64,000 nt of DNA, taken from sequence record OQ223305.1, one strand, 5' to 3'. The notes below the pieces were generated by a model. It saw only the letters and a list, made by a program, of their open reading frames with translations. It did not search any database and was not told the origin of the DNA. Within the stretch, counting starts at the first letter, position 1. Each line of letters starts with the position of its first letter. A program made the translations under genes and the position numbers. This DNA comes from Escherichia phage EO1. Positions 1 to 11,192 of this stretch are shown piece by piece.

Positions 1-705
1 TCAGCTTTTGAAAATGGTGACCGTATACCAGAAGGCATTACAGTTTATCGTGCTCAAAGTATGACTGCTCCTATATATGAAGCGTTAGTTAAAAATAAAG
101 TGTTCTATTTCAGAAATTTTGTATCTACTTCTTTAACTCCTATCATTTTTGGGCGTTTTGGAATTACACATGCTGGTATTGGTCTTTTAGAACCAGAAGC
201 TCGTAACGAATTGACAGTTGATAAAAATGAAGAAGGAATAACTATTAATCCAAACGAAATAAGAGCGTATAAAGAAAATCCTGAATACGTTAAAGTTCAA
301 ATAGGATGGGCAATTGATGGAGCTCATAAAGTTAATGTTGTATATCCAGGAAGTCTCGGAATAGCAACAGAAGCTGAAGTTATTCTACCACGAGGATTGA
401 TGGTCAAAGTTAATAAAATAACTGATGCTTCTAATAATGACGGAACAACATCTAATAATACAAAACTCATTCAAGCTGAAGTTATGACTACGGAAGAACT
501 CACCGAATCAGTAATTTATGACGGTGACCGTCTAATGGAAACTGGTGAAGTAGTTGCAATGACAGGTGATATTGAAATAGAAGACAGAGTTGACTTTGCA
601 TCATTTGTTTCATCAAATGTTAAACAGAAAGCAGAATCATCTCTCGGAATTATTGCGTCTTGCATAGATATTACAAACATGCCTTACAAGTTCGTTCAAG
701 GATAA
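1..705 (+). CDS. Alt-like ADP-ribosyltransferase paralog, 5' end outside window
   Basis: Frame is open from nt 1 (..GITVYRAQS-M..). Shares ART-type motifs with the downstream alt product (YRAQS, FVSTSL, EAEVILPRG) and a similar C-terminal tail (DGDRLMETGEV). Confidence 0.6.
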   Translation, partial: SAFENGDRIPEGITVYRAQSMTAPIYEALVKNKVFYFRNFVSTSLTPIIFGRFGITHAGIGLLEPEARNELTVDKNEEGITINPNEIRAYKENPEYVKVQIGWAIDGAHKVNVVYPGSLGIATEAEVILPRGLMVKVNKITDASNNDGTTSNNTKLIQAEVMTTEELTESVIYDGDRLMETGEVVAMTGDIEIEDRVDFASFVSSNVKQKAESSLGIIASCIDITNMPYKFVQG

Positions 706-708
706 ATC

Positions 709-2766
709 ATGGAACTTATTACAGAATTATTTGACGGCGCTTCGGCGCCGGTTGTTAACTTAAATCCTAAGCATAAAATACCTCAAATTTTTGCTATTCA
801 AGCCGGTGAAGAAAGCGTGCTTCCTGGATTTAGATTTTGTACATACACCTCTGGCGGTGATACAAATAAAAACGTTAAGCCAGGCGATAAAATGATGCAT
901 ATCGTAATGATAGGTGTCAATGAGAAACTATCATTAGTTAAACTTAAAAACTTGGGTGGAAATCCAATTGGTGTTATTAATGCGGTTTTTGATACTGCTC
1001 TTCAAACAATGAAACAGTATAAAATTGACGCATGCCTGTTCCGCGTACTAAAGAGTAAAACAAATGGCGCAGCTCGACAAATTCAAGTTATTGCTGACCG
1101 TTTAGTACGTACTAAAGGAGCAGGTCGATATGTTCTTTTAAAGGAAATCTGGGATTACGATAAAAAGTATGCATATATTATGGTTTACCGTAAAAATGCC
1201 AATTTAGAAGACATTCCAGGTGTACCTCCTATTTCAACTGAGTTATTCACAAAAGTTGAATCAAAGGTTGGTGATGTTTATGTAGACGTTAAAACAGGTA
1301 ATGCTGTTCCTAAAGCTGTTGCTGTTGCCGCTTCTATTGCTTTAGAAAATGATAAGCGCACGGATCAAGCTGTTATTCAGAAAACTAAAATTAGTCGTCG
1401 ATTAGCAGCACAAGCTCAATACTCTACTGTCGATGCTTCACTTCAGGGCGATAGTTTCGCTGCTAAGAAATATCAAGAGTTTGAATCTAAAGTTCCGGTA
1501 TATAAAGCAGAAGGACCAATGAACTCTGGCGTTATTCAGATTGGTTCAAACTTCGGCAAAGGAGCTATCGGTGGTATGAGGAGTGCTTCTCGTTTTAAAT
1601 CTAGTGATTATGAACTAGAAAGCTTCCGAAATCATATTGCATTGGCCCATGCGCGTTTACGTGATCCATCTATTAAATTACAGAGCGATATAACATATCA
1701 AGGTTCTCAGGAATATTTAAAGAATAAAGAATTTTTTGATTATAAAACTGATAAAATTTTAAGCGATCTTGCTGACATTAATATTTCTAATAGCTTTGAT
1801 GTTATTAAGAAAATTGTCAATGATTTAGTTAAAGGTTCTAAAGCCACGCCAGATGAAAAGGTAGCTATTATTCAATTTGTCATGAATGGCATTTATAAAT
1901 TGATTAATGAGTCTGCTTCTCAAGCGTATGAATATGCAAGTACTGAAGTACCCCCAAAAGGATTAACTCGGGCTGAGTCTGATGTAATTGAAGATTATTG
2001 CGCAGATTCATATGTTGAAATGAACTCGTTCCTTTTAGGTAAACCGGATTCTACTCGTGAAGAATATATGGAACGAGCTATTAAACACATCGAGACGATG
2101 GATTCTGCTTTTGCCAAAGGATCAGTTCTTCCTCCAGGAACTACGCTTTACCGTGGCCAAGAAGTTACCTTTAAAACTTTACGTCATAATATTGAAAATA
2201 AAATGTTCTATTTTAAGAACTTCGTATCCACATCGCTTAAACCAAATATCTTCGGTGAGTATGGTAAAAACTATATGACTCTAGATGATTCCAGTGCAGT
2301 ATTTTCTGGTGAAGGAGAAGGTTCAATTGACGCAGAAGATTTGATGCATATGGGCAGTCATTCTGCTTATGCGAATGAAGATGCTGAAACTAGCGTGGGT
2401 ATGGTAATTAAAGGAGCTGAGCGAATCAAAGTTATCGTTCCGGGTCATTTATCAGGATTTCCGTCAGAAGCTGAAGTTATTTTACCACGTGGAATTTTGC
2501 TGAAGATTAATAAAGTGAGCACGTACATGATGAAAGAAACTGCTTATAACAAGTATTTAATCGAAGGTACAATCGTTCCTCCTTCTGAACAATTAGAAGA
2601 ATCGGTATATGATGGCGATCATCTGATGGAAACTGGTGAAGTTCGTCCAATGGCTGGATTTAATCAATTCCTTGTAGAAGAATCAAAAGAAGAGGAAAAC
2701 GAAGTTTCTCAAATCTTGGCTTCTTTGGTTAACATCAACGGAATGTCTAAAAAGTTCAAAATGTAG
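709..2766 (+). CDS. alt: Alt ADP-ribosyltransferase (virion-packaged, modifies host RNA polymerase)
   Basis: 685-aa ORF, ATG at 709 with AAGGA RBS. Motifs LYRGQ / FVSTSL / SEAEVILPRG. Length and position next to gene 54 match T4 alt (about 682 aa, recalled). Confidence 0.85.
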   Translation: MELITELFDGASAPVVNLNPKHKIPQIFAIQAGEESVLPGFRFCTYTSGGDTNKNVKPGDKMMHIVMIGVNEKLSLVKLKNLGGNPIGVINAVFDTALQTMKQYKIDACLFRVLKSKTNGAARQIQVIADRLVRTKGAGRYVLLKEIWDYDKKYAYIMVYRKNANLEDIPGVPPISTELFTKVESKVGDVYVDVKTGNAVPKAVAVAASIALENDKRTDQAVIQKTKISRRLAAQAQYSTVDASLQGDSFAAKKYQEFESKVPVYKAEGPMNSGVIQIGSNFGKGAIGGMRSASRFKSSDYELESFRNHIALAHARLRDPSIKLQSDITYQGSQEYLKNKEFFDYKTDKILSDLADINISNSFDVIKKIVNDLVKGSKATPDEKVAIIQFVMNGIYKLINESASQAYEYASTEVPPKGLTRAESDVIEDYCADSYVEMNSFLLGKPDSTREEYMERAIKHIETMDSAFAKGSVLPPGTTLYRGQEVTFKTLRHNIENKMFYFKNFVSTSLKPNIFGEYGKNYMTLDDSSAVFSGEGEGSIDAEDLMHMGSHSAYANEDAETSVGMVIKGAERIKVIVPGHLSGFPSEAEVILPRGILLKINKVSTYMMKETAYNKYLIEGTIVPPSEQLEESVYDGDHLMETGEVRPMAGFNQFLVEESKEEENEVSQILASLVNINGMSKKFKM

Positions 2767-2826
2767 TTTACAAGTCCCTCGTGTTGTGTTATAATAATCT
2801 TACTGACATAACATGAGGAACACAAA

Positions 2827-3117
2827 ATGAAATCTTCTTTGCGCTTTTTAGGTCAAGAACTTGTAGTTGAAGGCGTTATTCCTGCTGATAATGCTTTTAA
2901 TGAAGCAGTTTATGATGAATTTATCAAAATTTTTGGAACAGATAAAAAGTTCGGAATTTTTCCTTCTGAAAATTTTTCAAAGCCAGAGCAGACTGAAAGC
3001 ATTTTCCAAGGTGTAGTAACAGGTAAATTTGAGTCAGAAGCTCCGGTAAAAATTGAAGTTTATATTGAAGACAGTTTAGTTGCTTCAGTTGCTGCTTTTA
3101 TTTCATTCCGTAAATAA
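2827..3117 (+). CDS. hypothetical protein (alt.-1 position)
   Basis: 96-aa ORF, ATG with GAGGAA RBS, followed by a terminator hairpin. Confidence 0.5.
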   Translation: MKSSLRFLGQELVVEGVIPADNAFNEAVYDEFIKIFGTDKKFGIFPSENFSKPEQTESIFQGVVTGKFESEAPVKIEVYIEDSLVASVAAFISFRK

Positions 3118-3121
3118 AAAC

Positions 3122-3143
3122 ATGGGGACCGAAAGGTCCCCAT
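3122..3143. terminator. bidirectional hairpin terminator between convergent alt.-1 and gene 54
   Basis: GGGGACC-GAAA-GGTCCCC stem-loop, T-rich on the minus-strand side. Confidence 0.6.
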
Positions 3144-3145
3144 TG

Positions 3146-4111
3146 TTATATTGCTCCTAATATTTTACTTTGCGAGTTGACAATTCCCGTCATAGTATTA
3201 ATGTTTGAAATGCTTCCTGCAGTTCCTCCTAATCTACTAAGTCGTGAAAGCGAATTAGATAGTCCAGTAACACCTCCACTATTTCCGAGAACGCTTTGAA
3301 TGCCATTTATAGCAGCAGATTCAAGCCACTCAAGCGCAGCTTGTCTATCAACTGCTCCAGCCTGCATAACTCTATACGCAAAAGTAACATCAAATGTAGT
3401 TATTTGGTTATCTCCATCATATGATAACTCAGGAGCGCTCACTGACACTGGAATGCATCCGGTGAACATCACTGCAGTATGAGGTAATCCATTACGAGCG
3501 TGAAGATTAACCTGAATGTCTGCCTCGACATCTTGTGGCAAAGCGCGCAGTCCAGTTACTGGGTCTTGAACAGCGTTAACCCAGTCTTGCATTGCACGAT
3601 AATTACATGCTTCTGAATCCATTCTAAATGAAATAACCAAAGGGTCTAATTCTCTCCCAGTTATACGAATATTAGGAGAATTATAGTTCCAGTCAGTTTC
3701 ATAGGATAATCTATTCTCTGGCATTTTTACAGAATATATCATCAATCCAGATGAGTTATATGCCATATTAAAGAAGTCAATTAAATATGTACCAACTGTA
3801 AATGAGCCCAATAAACTTTGAACTGTACGTTGACTCATGGCACCAATAAGATATTTACTAACTCCTGATTTTCTTATCAGTTTTTGTGTGCCAGCAGTAA
3901 TTAGCGTGGTAATTCCCTGATTAATATCGCCTTGAGTCAATCCTAACCAATCTGAATTTAAACCCAAGTTATTATAAGAAAAGTTGCTAATTGAACTTAT
4001 CAACGAAGAGCTTTTAGTTGATGGAGTTGTCGCAAAAACGCAGCTAAACATATTATTACGTTGGAAATCTGCGTTTATTGCTTGATTATTAAATTCCTCT
4101 AAAGAATACAT
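3146..4111 (-). CDS. 54: baseplate tail tube initiator gp54
   Basis: 321-aa ORF, ATG start. Synteny 54-48-29 and length match T4. Confidence 0.8.
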   Translation of the reverse strand: MYSLEEFNNQAINADFQRNNMFSCVFATTPSTKSSSLISSISNFSYNNLGLNSDWLGLTQGDINQGITTLITAGTQKLIRKSGVSKYLIGAMSQRTVQSLLGSFTVGTYLIDFFNMAYNSSGLMIYSVKMPENRLSYETDWNYNSPNIRITGRELDPLVISFRMDSEACNYRAMQDWVNAVQDPVTGLRALPQDVEADIQVNLHARNGLPHTAVMFTGCIPVSVSAPELSYDGDNQITTFDVTFAYRVMQAGAVDRQAALEWLESAAINGIQSVLGNSGGVTGLSNSLSRLSRLGGTAGSISNINTMTGIVNSQSKILGAI

Positions 4112-5205
4112 TAAAAAGTCCCCGCATATAAAGAAGCACGGTTTAACGTGATAATTTCTCTCATAGTAATCTCGAGAGTAAATGTACTAGGGAGGTTTGG
4201 AGCAATAGCTAATCCGTTAAAGTTACCATTAGGTGTTTTATCAAATCTGATGCTTTGTATTTGGCATGGGCCAAATATTTCCGTTTTTCCATCAAACTTA
4301 GATGTTGCACCAAAGTTTTTCACCATCCAAATTGTCGGGTTTGAAACTACTAGAACGTTAGTTAAGCTCGATGTCATTTTCTCAAATAGTGTTTTATTTT
4401 TAGCTGCGTCTTCCGGAGATAAAGGTTCAATTAACGTAGAACGATACCAATCATCTAAATACCCCTTTATTTCAGCAGCATATTGAGATTTACCCGTTTC
4501 ACCATAAGAAAAATAGTTAAAATATTGATAGATATTAATAATAGCCATTAAATCTTCTGTGGAACGTGGAGTCAAATCCCATGTAAACACTTTAGTTCTA
4601 TTCTCAGCACCGCCATACATACTTCTAGCTGTCGTATAAATCTGTTCATTATTATCAGCCATTATACCTTGTGTTATACTTTCCAGTGCCCCAAATACTG
4701 CAGTTGAAGCAATATTACTTAGCACACCAGTAGCAGTACCTCCGCCTCTGCTGATAAGACTTTCTTGAACATCATTAAATCTATGTGATGATGTATCAAC
4801 ATCGGATTTAGATCTTGGTAAAAGAATATTTGCAACAGGTGCTTTACTTATTGTTCCTGAATTATTATCTGATATTAATCCATTTGACAGTTTTGATACT
4901 GTATTACTGATAGTGTTTCTGGCTGTACGTAAAATACTCGAAGATGAAGAAGAGTAGTTAGATCTCATCGATCTAAGACTTCCAGAATCCCTAGATGACA
5001 TATTGTATGCAGTAAATAATAATCCATTCTTATATAGATCTGTTACCTGGAAGTCCCCTGTAGTGTCATTACCACTAGCACGCCCAGTTGGAAACTGGGC
5101 AGTGTATGTTTTAGTTGCTACTTCTGATTTAGTACTCTGTCCGGCTGAAATTTTCTCACCGGACTTTTTAATTAAATCAGCAGTTATTTCTTTAACAATT
5201 GCCAT
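4111..5205 (-). CDS. 48: baseplate tail tube cap gp48
   Basis: 364-aa ORF, ATG start. Length and position match T4 gp48. Confidence 0.8.
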   Translation of the reverse strand: MAIVKEITADLIKKSGEKISAGQSTKSEVATKTYTAQFPTGRASGNDTTGDFQVTDLYKNGLLFTAYNMSSRDSGSLRSMRSNYSSSSSSILRTARNTISNTVSKLSNGLISDNNSGTISKAPVANILLPRSKSDVDTSSHRFNDVQESLISRGGGTATGVLSNIASTAVFGALESITQGIMADNNEQIYTTARSMYGGAENRTKVFTWDLTPRSTEDLMAIINIYQYFNYFSYGETGKSQYAAEIKGYLDDWYRSTLIEPLSPEDAAKNKTLFEKMTSSLTNVLVVSNPTIWMVKNFGATSKFDGKTEIFGPCQIQSIRFDKTPNGNFNGLAIAPNLPSTFTLEITMREIITLNRASLYAGTF

Positions 5206-5213
5206 ATTATTCC

Positions 5214-6986
5214 TTAATTAACTCCAGTCGCATCAAATACACCAGGAGCAGTCGTGCTCGTTACGGGTGTCATATTATGAACGACAGTATTTTTCTTAAC
5301 AACATTATTAGTATTATTGATCGAAGGAGATGCTTGTTGAACAGGAGCTTGCTGTGCTTTGTTCTTTTCTATTACCTGGACTTGTTTTGCTTCTGGCGAT
5401 TTAGCAGAAGTTTCAGGTTTGGCATTAGGCTGATTTTTCTTGAGCTCTTGATAAGTAGCATCAATTTTAGAAAATCTAGCAGCAAGTTCTTTTTTAACTG
5501 CCGGTGAATTATTTAAATCCGGGTCATCCATCCGTTTTTTAAGGTCTTCATAGGCAGCTTCAACTGATTTAACCGTTGAGTCTTTACTCATATCAGCCGA
5601 ATCAGCGTATTTTTCAAAACGAATCATCGCGGCACGGGCTTCATTAGCCTTCATTAAAGCATTTTTTCTTTCTTCTGGTGAAAGTTGCTTTAATTTTTCT
5701 TCTTCTGCTGTGCGTTCTTCGTCGGTAGTTAGTGCTTCTTTATTATCAACGCCACGAATCCAGTTAGATGCACGAGTTTTCCAATTAGCAATTTTATCTA
5801 ATCCTTTTGCTATCGGACCAAGGTCTCCGTTCATTCGTTTATCTTGATAATTTGCAACTTTTTCCTGGTCTTCTTTATTGAGAGATGCTCCAGTAGAATT
5901 TTGGAAATTTTCTAGTGCTCTTCCTTCTACTTCATCAGCAGTATCCTTCATACCAGGAATGACTCGAAGAATTGCCGCAGATAATTTAGCCATTCCAAGC
6001 TGAATAAGTTCTCCTAAATTATAAAGAACCTTTCCAAGCCCTTCTACAATAGCTACCGTCAAACCGCCCCAATCTCCCTCTTCCCAGAATTTTTTAATTT
6101 CATCAATAGAACTAAAGATGCTCTGTAATAAAGGACCCCATGTTCCGGTTTCGCTAGAGAATTTAGTAAAGTCTGTACTAAACAAATCCCAAGCCTGTGA
6201 AAATTTATCTGACCAATATTTGAAATGAACCATCAACAGGTCTATTCCAACAACAACAGCCAATATCATTGCAGTCATTTTAGCAGCTTCAATAGCAGCA
6301 CTGACGGTATACTTAAATAGCATGCTTGATATTTTATCAGTAATTGAAATGGATTTCTTAAATCCGAAATCAACAGTCTTTGTTAATTTATCTAAAGCTT
6401 GAGATAATTTTAAGTTAAATGCGTCTTTTTTCTGTTTTTCTTCTGGTGATTCTTGTTTGGGTTCAACTGGCTGAGGGGCAGGGAAAAAATCAGCATCAGG
6501 ATCATTATTAACTGCTTCAGGAGCTGGTAATAAAGGACCCACAGATTCAGCTGTATCGTCCTCAACAACTTTAACAGGAATAGCGCTTTCAACTGTGGCT
6601 AAACTAGTTCCTGTTTGTTGAATTCCGGCTGTCTGAATTTTTTGCTCTAGTAAACTTGTTAATTTATCTAATTTGCTCCCGAGTGATTCACCGATTTCTT
6701 TATTAATATTATTGCCAATTTCAACAGTTTCAGCAATTAACTCAGAACCAGCAGTAGTATCACTCACTGCGCTTTCTACATTGTCAATTGCTCCAATTAT
6801 TTCATTCGATTTTTCTTCGACAGTTTGAGCAATTAATTCAGAAGCAGCTTGAGCATCATCCAATTTCGTAGATATATCGTTAAGTCCAGATAAAGTGTTA
6901 GAAGCGGATTTAGCCGCTTCCTGTGTTGGTTTATTATCTGAAATAACTTTTCTACGCATCGTTTGCATTTCTTGTGGCTTTTTCAT
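5214..6986 (-). CDS. 29: baseplate hub / tail length determinator gp29
   Basis: 590-aa ORF with long helical, low-complexity middle. Length and synteny match T4 gp29. Confidence 0.8.
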   Translation of the reverse strand: MKKPQEMQTMRRKVISDNKPTQEAAKSASNTLSGLNDISTKLDDAQAASELIAQTVEEKSNEIIGAIDNVESAVSDTTAGSELIAETVEIGNNINKEIGESLGSKLDKLTSLLEQKIQTAGIQQTGTSLATVESAIPVKVVEDDTAESVGPLLPAPEAVNNDPDADFFPAPQPVEPKQESPEEKQKKDAFNLKLSQALDKLTKTVDFGFKKSISITDKISSMLFKYTVSAAIEAAKMTAMILAVVVGIDLLMVHFKYWSDKFSQAWDLFSTDFTKFSSETGTWGPLLQSIFSSIDEIKKFWEEGDWGGLTVAIVEGLGKVLYNLGELIQLGMAKLSAAILRVIPGMKDTADEVEGRALENFQNSTGASLNKEDQEKVANYQDKRMNGDLGPIAKGLDKIANWKTRASNWIRGVDNKEALTTDEERTAEEEKLKQLSPEERKNALMKANEARAAMIRFEKYADSADMSKDSTVKSVEAAYEDLKKRMDDPDLNNSPAVKKELAARFSKIDATYQELKKNQPNAKPETSAKSPEAKQVQVIEKNKAQQAPVQQASPSINNTNNVVKKNTVVHNMTPVTSTTAPGVFDATGVN

Positions 6987-7516
6987 TCAAATAATCCAAT
7001 AATATTGCCAATTCCGGTTATTGGACCATTAGGGCCAGGAATTGCTAAAGTTGTAAAAATATCATTTGCCCATTTTAAAACGAATGCTGGCATCTCAAGA
7101 AAATTAATTTCTTTAACTTCATCATTGACCTTAAGCAAGCATTTGGATAACATATCGCTCACCGTTAAAAATTGTTCAAATTTTCCAGGAGGTCTAAAAT
7201 AAAATGTATTTCCTTGGTATTGAAATTCCAATCTTTGGCATACATAAACATCATTAATGTCATAAGTATAACCATCTATTTCTTTACGAGATTTAATCTT
7301 TCCATTAAATTCCAATAGATGAATAGAAACGAAATCAACTTCTGCCGGTGATAAATTCGGACAAATAGAATCAATAAGAAGTTTTAAATTTTCATCAGGA
7401 CCTTTAACATCTTTTAAAATGTTATAATGTTTAAGACCCATTTTAGGAATAGAAACTTCTTTATTGCTTATTGGAAGAACTACTTTCTTCAGTGGTAGTA
7501 TCAGATTTAAATTCAT
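6983..7516 (-). CDS. 28: baseplate hub distal subunit gp28
   Basis: 177-aa ORF, ATG start, overlaps the 3' end of gene 27. Length matches T4 gp28. Confidence 0.7.
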   Translation of the reverse strand: MNLNLILPLKKVVLPISNKEVSIPKMGLKHYNILKDVKGPDENLKLLIDSICPNLSPAEVDFVSIHLLEFNGKIKSRKEIDGYTYDINDVYVCQRLEFQYQGNTFYFRPPGKFEQFLTVSDMLSKCLLKVNDEVKEINFLEMPAFVLKWANDIFTTLAIPGPNGPITGIGNIIGLFE

Positions 7517-8636
7517 TTTTAACCTTAACTGGGTCTATTGTTTCCAGTTTCGTTGCATTAGTGAACATATATAGATGAGTTACTGAATTATTATTTGATA
7601 ATTCATGGATGACTTCATCAACGTAAAATTCTGTTTTAAATTGGTTTTTACTATCGTTAAAAATAATTTTAACGCCAGGTGTCAAGTTAAAATTACCGAC
7701 AGTAGAACATTTAGCATAGCCATCGTATTGTGCCATAGTTTGAAGACGAATAGCTTCTTCATATCCATTCCTATAAGTCATTTCAGAATAAGCACCTGAC
7801 CTTGATACCACAATAGAGTTTTCTCCCTTTCCTGTAGTAATCATTGGCAATGAAGAATCTAAAAATGAATGCGCATAAATAGTAGCATTTTTCATTGGGT
7901 CACGTTTATGAGGATTCGATTTAGTCAACCAAACGAAATCATATGCTAATGGATATTTTAATTCTTGGATGAATTGACCTATTAAAGATGGCTCACCGAC
8001 AATCATTGGATACGGTTCTTGATTTATCATCATATCATAGTCCATCATGTTAACTCCCATGATGTCTTGCCACACAAATACAAATTTGTCACTTCCTACA
8101 GCTAGAGCAACTTCTCTAACATACGACAAATAGTTTTCAAATGTGCTAGTCCATGGAATATCAGGAACATAAGCATTTATAGCATTTATTGCTGGAGTTA
8201 ATAACGTGCGATCCTGATAAATGACACCAAGCATTTCCTTTATAGATTCACCTGCATCAGAGAAAAACGGTCTGCCAAATTTAAGATTTTCTATAGAATG
8301 AATAGTTCCCAATTCAATAGCAATGATGTTATCACCCTTTGAATCTACAGATACAGAAAAATGCTTACATCCATAAATTCGTGTTTTAACATTATTAATA
8401 TCGTTTGCATTAGCTACAGAAATCTGAATTATTTCATTTCCATCCATTTTTGTATGGATATTTTTAGAATCATAAAACTGCAGCATTCCTTCATTTCGGC
8501 CATAAAGAGAATCCCGCATAGTTAATGTGGTAATAGTAGCAGCTAATTCAACAAATCTATTATTACTCCAAGCGTCGTAGCTATCAAATAATTTAACGCT
8601 GAGATTTGGATATCCTGGGCGTTGCAACATACTCAT
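7461..8636 (-). CDS. 27: baseplate hub subunit gp27
   Basis: 391-aa ORF, ATG start. Length and synteny match T4 gp27. Confidence 0.8.
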   Translation of the reverse strand: MSMLQRPGYPNLSVKLFDSYDAWSNNRFVELAATITTLTMRDSLYGRNEGMLQFYDSKNIHTKMDGNEIIQISVANANDINNVKTRIYGCKHFSVSVDSKGDNIIAIELGTIHSIENLKFGRPFFSDAGESIKEMLGVIYQDRTLLTPAINAINAYVPDIPWTSTFENYLSYVREVALAVGSDKFVFVWQDIMGVNMMDYDMMINQEPYPMIVGEPSLIGQFIQELKYPLAYDFVWLTKSNPHKRDPMKNATIYAHSFLDSSLPMITTGKGENSIVVSRSGAYSEMTYRNGYEEAIRLQTMAQYDGYAKCSTVGNFNLTPGVKIIFNDSKNQFKTEFYVDEVIHELSNNNSVTHLYMFTNATKLETIDPVKVKNEFKSDTTTEESSSSNKQ

Positions 8637-9385
8637 TATTGTTTATCCTTCTCAATCAGTTTTAATACGAATCCGCGCTCAGCAGGAATCATTTTCATTA
8701 TTGAATTTAAGCTATAATTACTTTTTACGAGCGTGTGATTGATTTGATAAAAAGTAAATATTTCATCTGGGTTAACTAATAGCTTAAACACATCTACTAT
8801 ATCAGTGTATTTTTTTACATACTTATTACAGCATGACATATGCAATGTTAAATTAATAGGATTCATTGCATCGAGAATTTTTTCTAATGTTTCTATCTCG
8901 ATGGCATCAACAAGTTCTATTTGGCTTGATTCGCTAATTTCATTCCAATCATACCACATTTCATCTACTTGAACGGAATGAATATTTTCAGTAATCATCT
9001 TTGCTTTATTTTCATAAAACTCAGAAGGAAACTTTAATTTAATTTTAACATTAGCTACATCAAAAACAGGTTCCTTTAATTCTTTTTGATATATTTCAAA
9101 TGGAACTGTCTTTTCTTTTTTACATTTTGGACATACAAATGTGACCGGTACTTTAGTTTTACCTATTGACCCTACAAATACCTGCAAAAATATAAATGGT
9201 TGCCAAGTCTTCGGATAGTCTCCAAAATAATCAGCAATTAAATCAGCAATTATTTCTTTTTGTTCTTGTGGTGACCGATGTTCTATATCGTTTCGAACTA
9301 ACAAAAAATCTCGATAATCTTCTACCGTAAATGGTTTAAAACGATGAACACCATCTGGTAATTTACAACGAATAATGTTTGCCAT
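8636..9385 (-). CDS. 51: baseplate hub assembly catalyst gp51
   Basis: 249-aa ORF, ATG start, Cys-rich (CPKCKK). Length and position match T4 gp51. Confidence 0.75.
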   Translation of the reverse strand: MANIIRCKLPDGVHRFKPFTVEDYRDFLLVRNDIEHRSPQEQKEIIADLIADYFGDYPKTWQPFIFLQVFVGSIGKTKVPVTFVCPKCKKEKTVPFEIYQKELKEPVFDVANVKIKLKFPSEFYENKAKMITENIHSVQVDEMWYDWNEISESSQIELVDAIEIETLEKILDAMNPINLTLHMSCCNKYVKKYTDIVDVFKLLVNPDEIFTFYQINHTLVKSNYSLNSIMKMIPAERGFVLKLIEKDKQ

Positions 9386-9402
9386 AGATGCTCCTTTTAT
9401 TC

Positions 9403-9414
9403 TATTTATAAATA
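9403..9414. promoter_or_regulatory. overlapping divergent late promoters (TATTTATAAATA) for genes 51 and 26
   Basis: Palindromic element reads TATAAATA on both strands, each about 20-30 nt upstream of a start codon. Confidence 0.6.
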
Positions 9415-9435
9415 TGATAAATAAAGGAGCTAAAT

Positions 9436-10062
9436 ATGTATGAATACAAATTTGATGTGAGAGTTGGTTCTAAAATAATCAACTGTCGCGCATTTACTCT
9501 TAAAGAATATCTAGAACTTATTACTGCTAAAAAGAACGGTTCAGTAGAAGAGATCGTTAAAAAGCTAATCAAAGAATGCACAAATGCAAAAGATTTAAAC
9601 CGCCAAGAATCAGAACTACTATTGATTCATTTATGGGCACATTCTCTTGGAGAAGTTAATCACGAAAACTCCTGGAAGTGCACCTGCGGAACTGAAATAC
9701 CAACCCATATAAATCTATTACATACACAAATAGATGCACCAGAAGACCTCTGGTATACACTGGGTGACATTAAAATTAAGTTCCATTACCCTAAAATTTT
9801 TGATGATAAAAATATAGCCCACATGATAGTATCATGTATAGAAACGATTCATGCTAACGGTGAAAGCATTCCAGTTGAAGACTTAAATGAAAAAGAATTG
9901 GAAGATTTATATTCTATCATCACAGAGTCAGATATTGTAGCTATAAAAGATATGCTTTTAAAGCCTACTGTTTATTTGGCTGTTCCAATTAAGTGTCCAG
10001 AGTGTGGAAAAACTCACGCTCATGTAATAAGAGGACTCAAAGAATTCTTTGAGCTATTGTAA
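9436..10062 (+). CDS. 26: baseplate hub subunit gp26
   Basis: 208-aa ORF, AAAGGAG RBS. Length and synteny match T4 gp26. Confidence 0.75.
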   Translation: MYEYKFDVRVGSKIINCRAFTLKEYLELITAKKNGSVEEIVKKLIKECTNAKDLNRQESELLLIHLWAHSLGEVNHENSWKCTCGTEIPTHINLLHTQIDAPEDLWYTLGDIKIKFHYPKIFDDKNIAHMIVSCIETIHANGESIPVEDLNEKELEDLYSIITESDIVAIKDMLLKPTVYLAVPIKCPECGKTHAHVIRGLKEFFELL

Positions 10063-10460
10063 TGGCAAATATTAATAAGCTTTATTCTGACATTGACCCA
10101 GAAATGAAAATGGATTGGGACAAAGACGTTTCCAGATCTCTTGGATTAAGGTCAATTAAAAATAGCCTTTTAGGAATTATTACAACCAGGAAAGGGTCAA
10201 GGCCATTTGACCCAGAATTTGGATGCGATTTATCTGATCAGCTTTTTGAGAATATGACTCCTCTTACTGCTGATACTGTTGAGCGTAACATTGAAAGCGC
10301 AGTAAGAAACTACGAGCCACGTATTGATAAATTAGCAGTTAATGTAATACCGGTTTATGATGATTATACTCTGATAGTAGAAATACGCTTTTCAGTCATC
10401 GATAACCCTGATGATATTGAGCAGATAAAACTACAACTGGCTTCCAGTAACAGAGTATAA
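10062..10460 (+). CDS. 25: baseplate wedge / sheath initiator gp25
   Basis: 132-aa ORF, start overlaps gp26 stop. Length matches T4 gp25. Confidence 0.8.
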   Translation: MANINKLYSDIDPEMKMDWDKDVSRSLGLRSIKNSLLGIITTRKGSRPFDPEFGCDLSDQLFENMTPLTADTVERNIESAVRNYEPRIDKLAVNVIPVYDDYTLIVEIRFSVIDNPDDIEQIKLQLASSNRV

Positions 10461-10486
10461 TGCTTCACGTATAAACGTGGTATAAT
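10457..10486 (+). promoter_or_regulatory. MotA-dependent middle promoter for uvsY
   Basis: MotA-box-like ATAATGCTTCA at 10457-10467, then 13 nt, then TATAAT at 10481-10486. Confidence 0.6.
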
Positions 10487-10526
10487 GAATCTAAGTCCAT
10501 CCAATAACAATTGAATAGAGAACAAT

Positions 10527-10940
10527 ATGAGATTAGAAGATCTTCAAGAAGAATTGAAGAAAGATGTGTTTATAGATTCGACTAAATTACAGTATGAAGC
10601 AGCTAATAATGTGATGTTATATAGTAAATGGCTCAATAAGCATTCAAGTATTAAAAAGGAAATGCTTAGAATTGACGCGCAGAAAAAAGTTGCTCTTAAA
10701 GCTAAATTAGACTACTACTCGGGACGAGGAGACGGTGATGAATTTAGTATGGACCGTTATGAGAAATCAGAAATGAAGACAGTTCTATCAGCTGATAAGG
10801 ACGTTTTAAAAGTTGATACTTCATTACAATATTGGGGAATTTTATTAGATTTCTGTAGCGGAGCTCTTGATGCTATTAAATCACGCGGATTTGCTATTAA
10901 GCATATTCAAGACATGCGAGCATTTGAGGCTGGAAAATAA
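10527..10940 (+). CDS. uvsY: recombination mediator UvsY
   Basis: 137-aa ORF. Sequence MRLEDLQEELKKDVFIDSTKLQYEAANN matches recalled T4 UvsY. Confidence 0.9.
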   Translation: MRLEDLQEELKKDVFIDSTKLQYEAANNVMLYSKWLNKHSSIKKEMLRIDAQKKVALKAKLDYYSGRGDGDEFSMDRYEKSEMKTVLSADKDVLKVDTSLQYWGILLDFCSGALDAIKSRGFAIKHIQDMRAFEAGK

Positions 10941-11164
10941 TGAAATATAGCATTGATGATGCTTTTAATTATGAAGAAGAATTTGAAACGGAAATTCAAT
11001 TCTTAATGAAAAAGTATAATCTCAAGCGTCAGGATATTCGTATCCTGGCCGACCATCCATGCGGTGAAGATGTACTTTATATTAAAGGAAAATTTGCCGG
11101 ATATCTTGATGAATATTTTTATTCCAAAGATATGGGCATTGATATGCATATGAGAGTTATATAA
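10940..11164 (+). CDS. hypothetical protein (uvsY.-1 position)
   Basis: 74-aa ORF, ATG overlaps uvsY stop (TAATG). Confidence 0.5.
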   Translation: MKYSIDDAFNYEEEFETEIQFLMKKYNLKRQDIRILADHPCGEDVLYIKGKFAGYLDEYFYSKDMGIDMHMRVI

Positions 11165-11167
11165 ATA
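11160..11167 (+). promoter_or_regulatory. late promoter TATAAATA
   Basis: Exact TATAAATA about 25 nt upstream of the 11193 start, with GAGGAG RBS between. Confidence 0.5.
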
Positions 11168-11192
11168 GATATATAATTTAGAGGAGACAATC

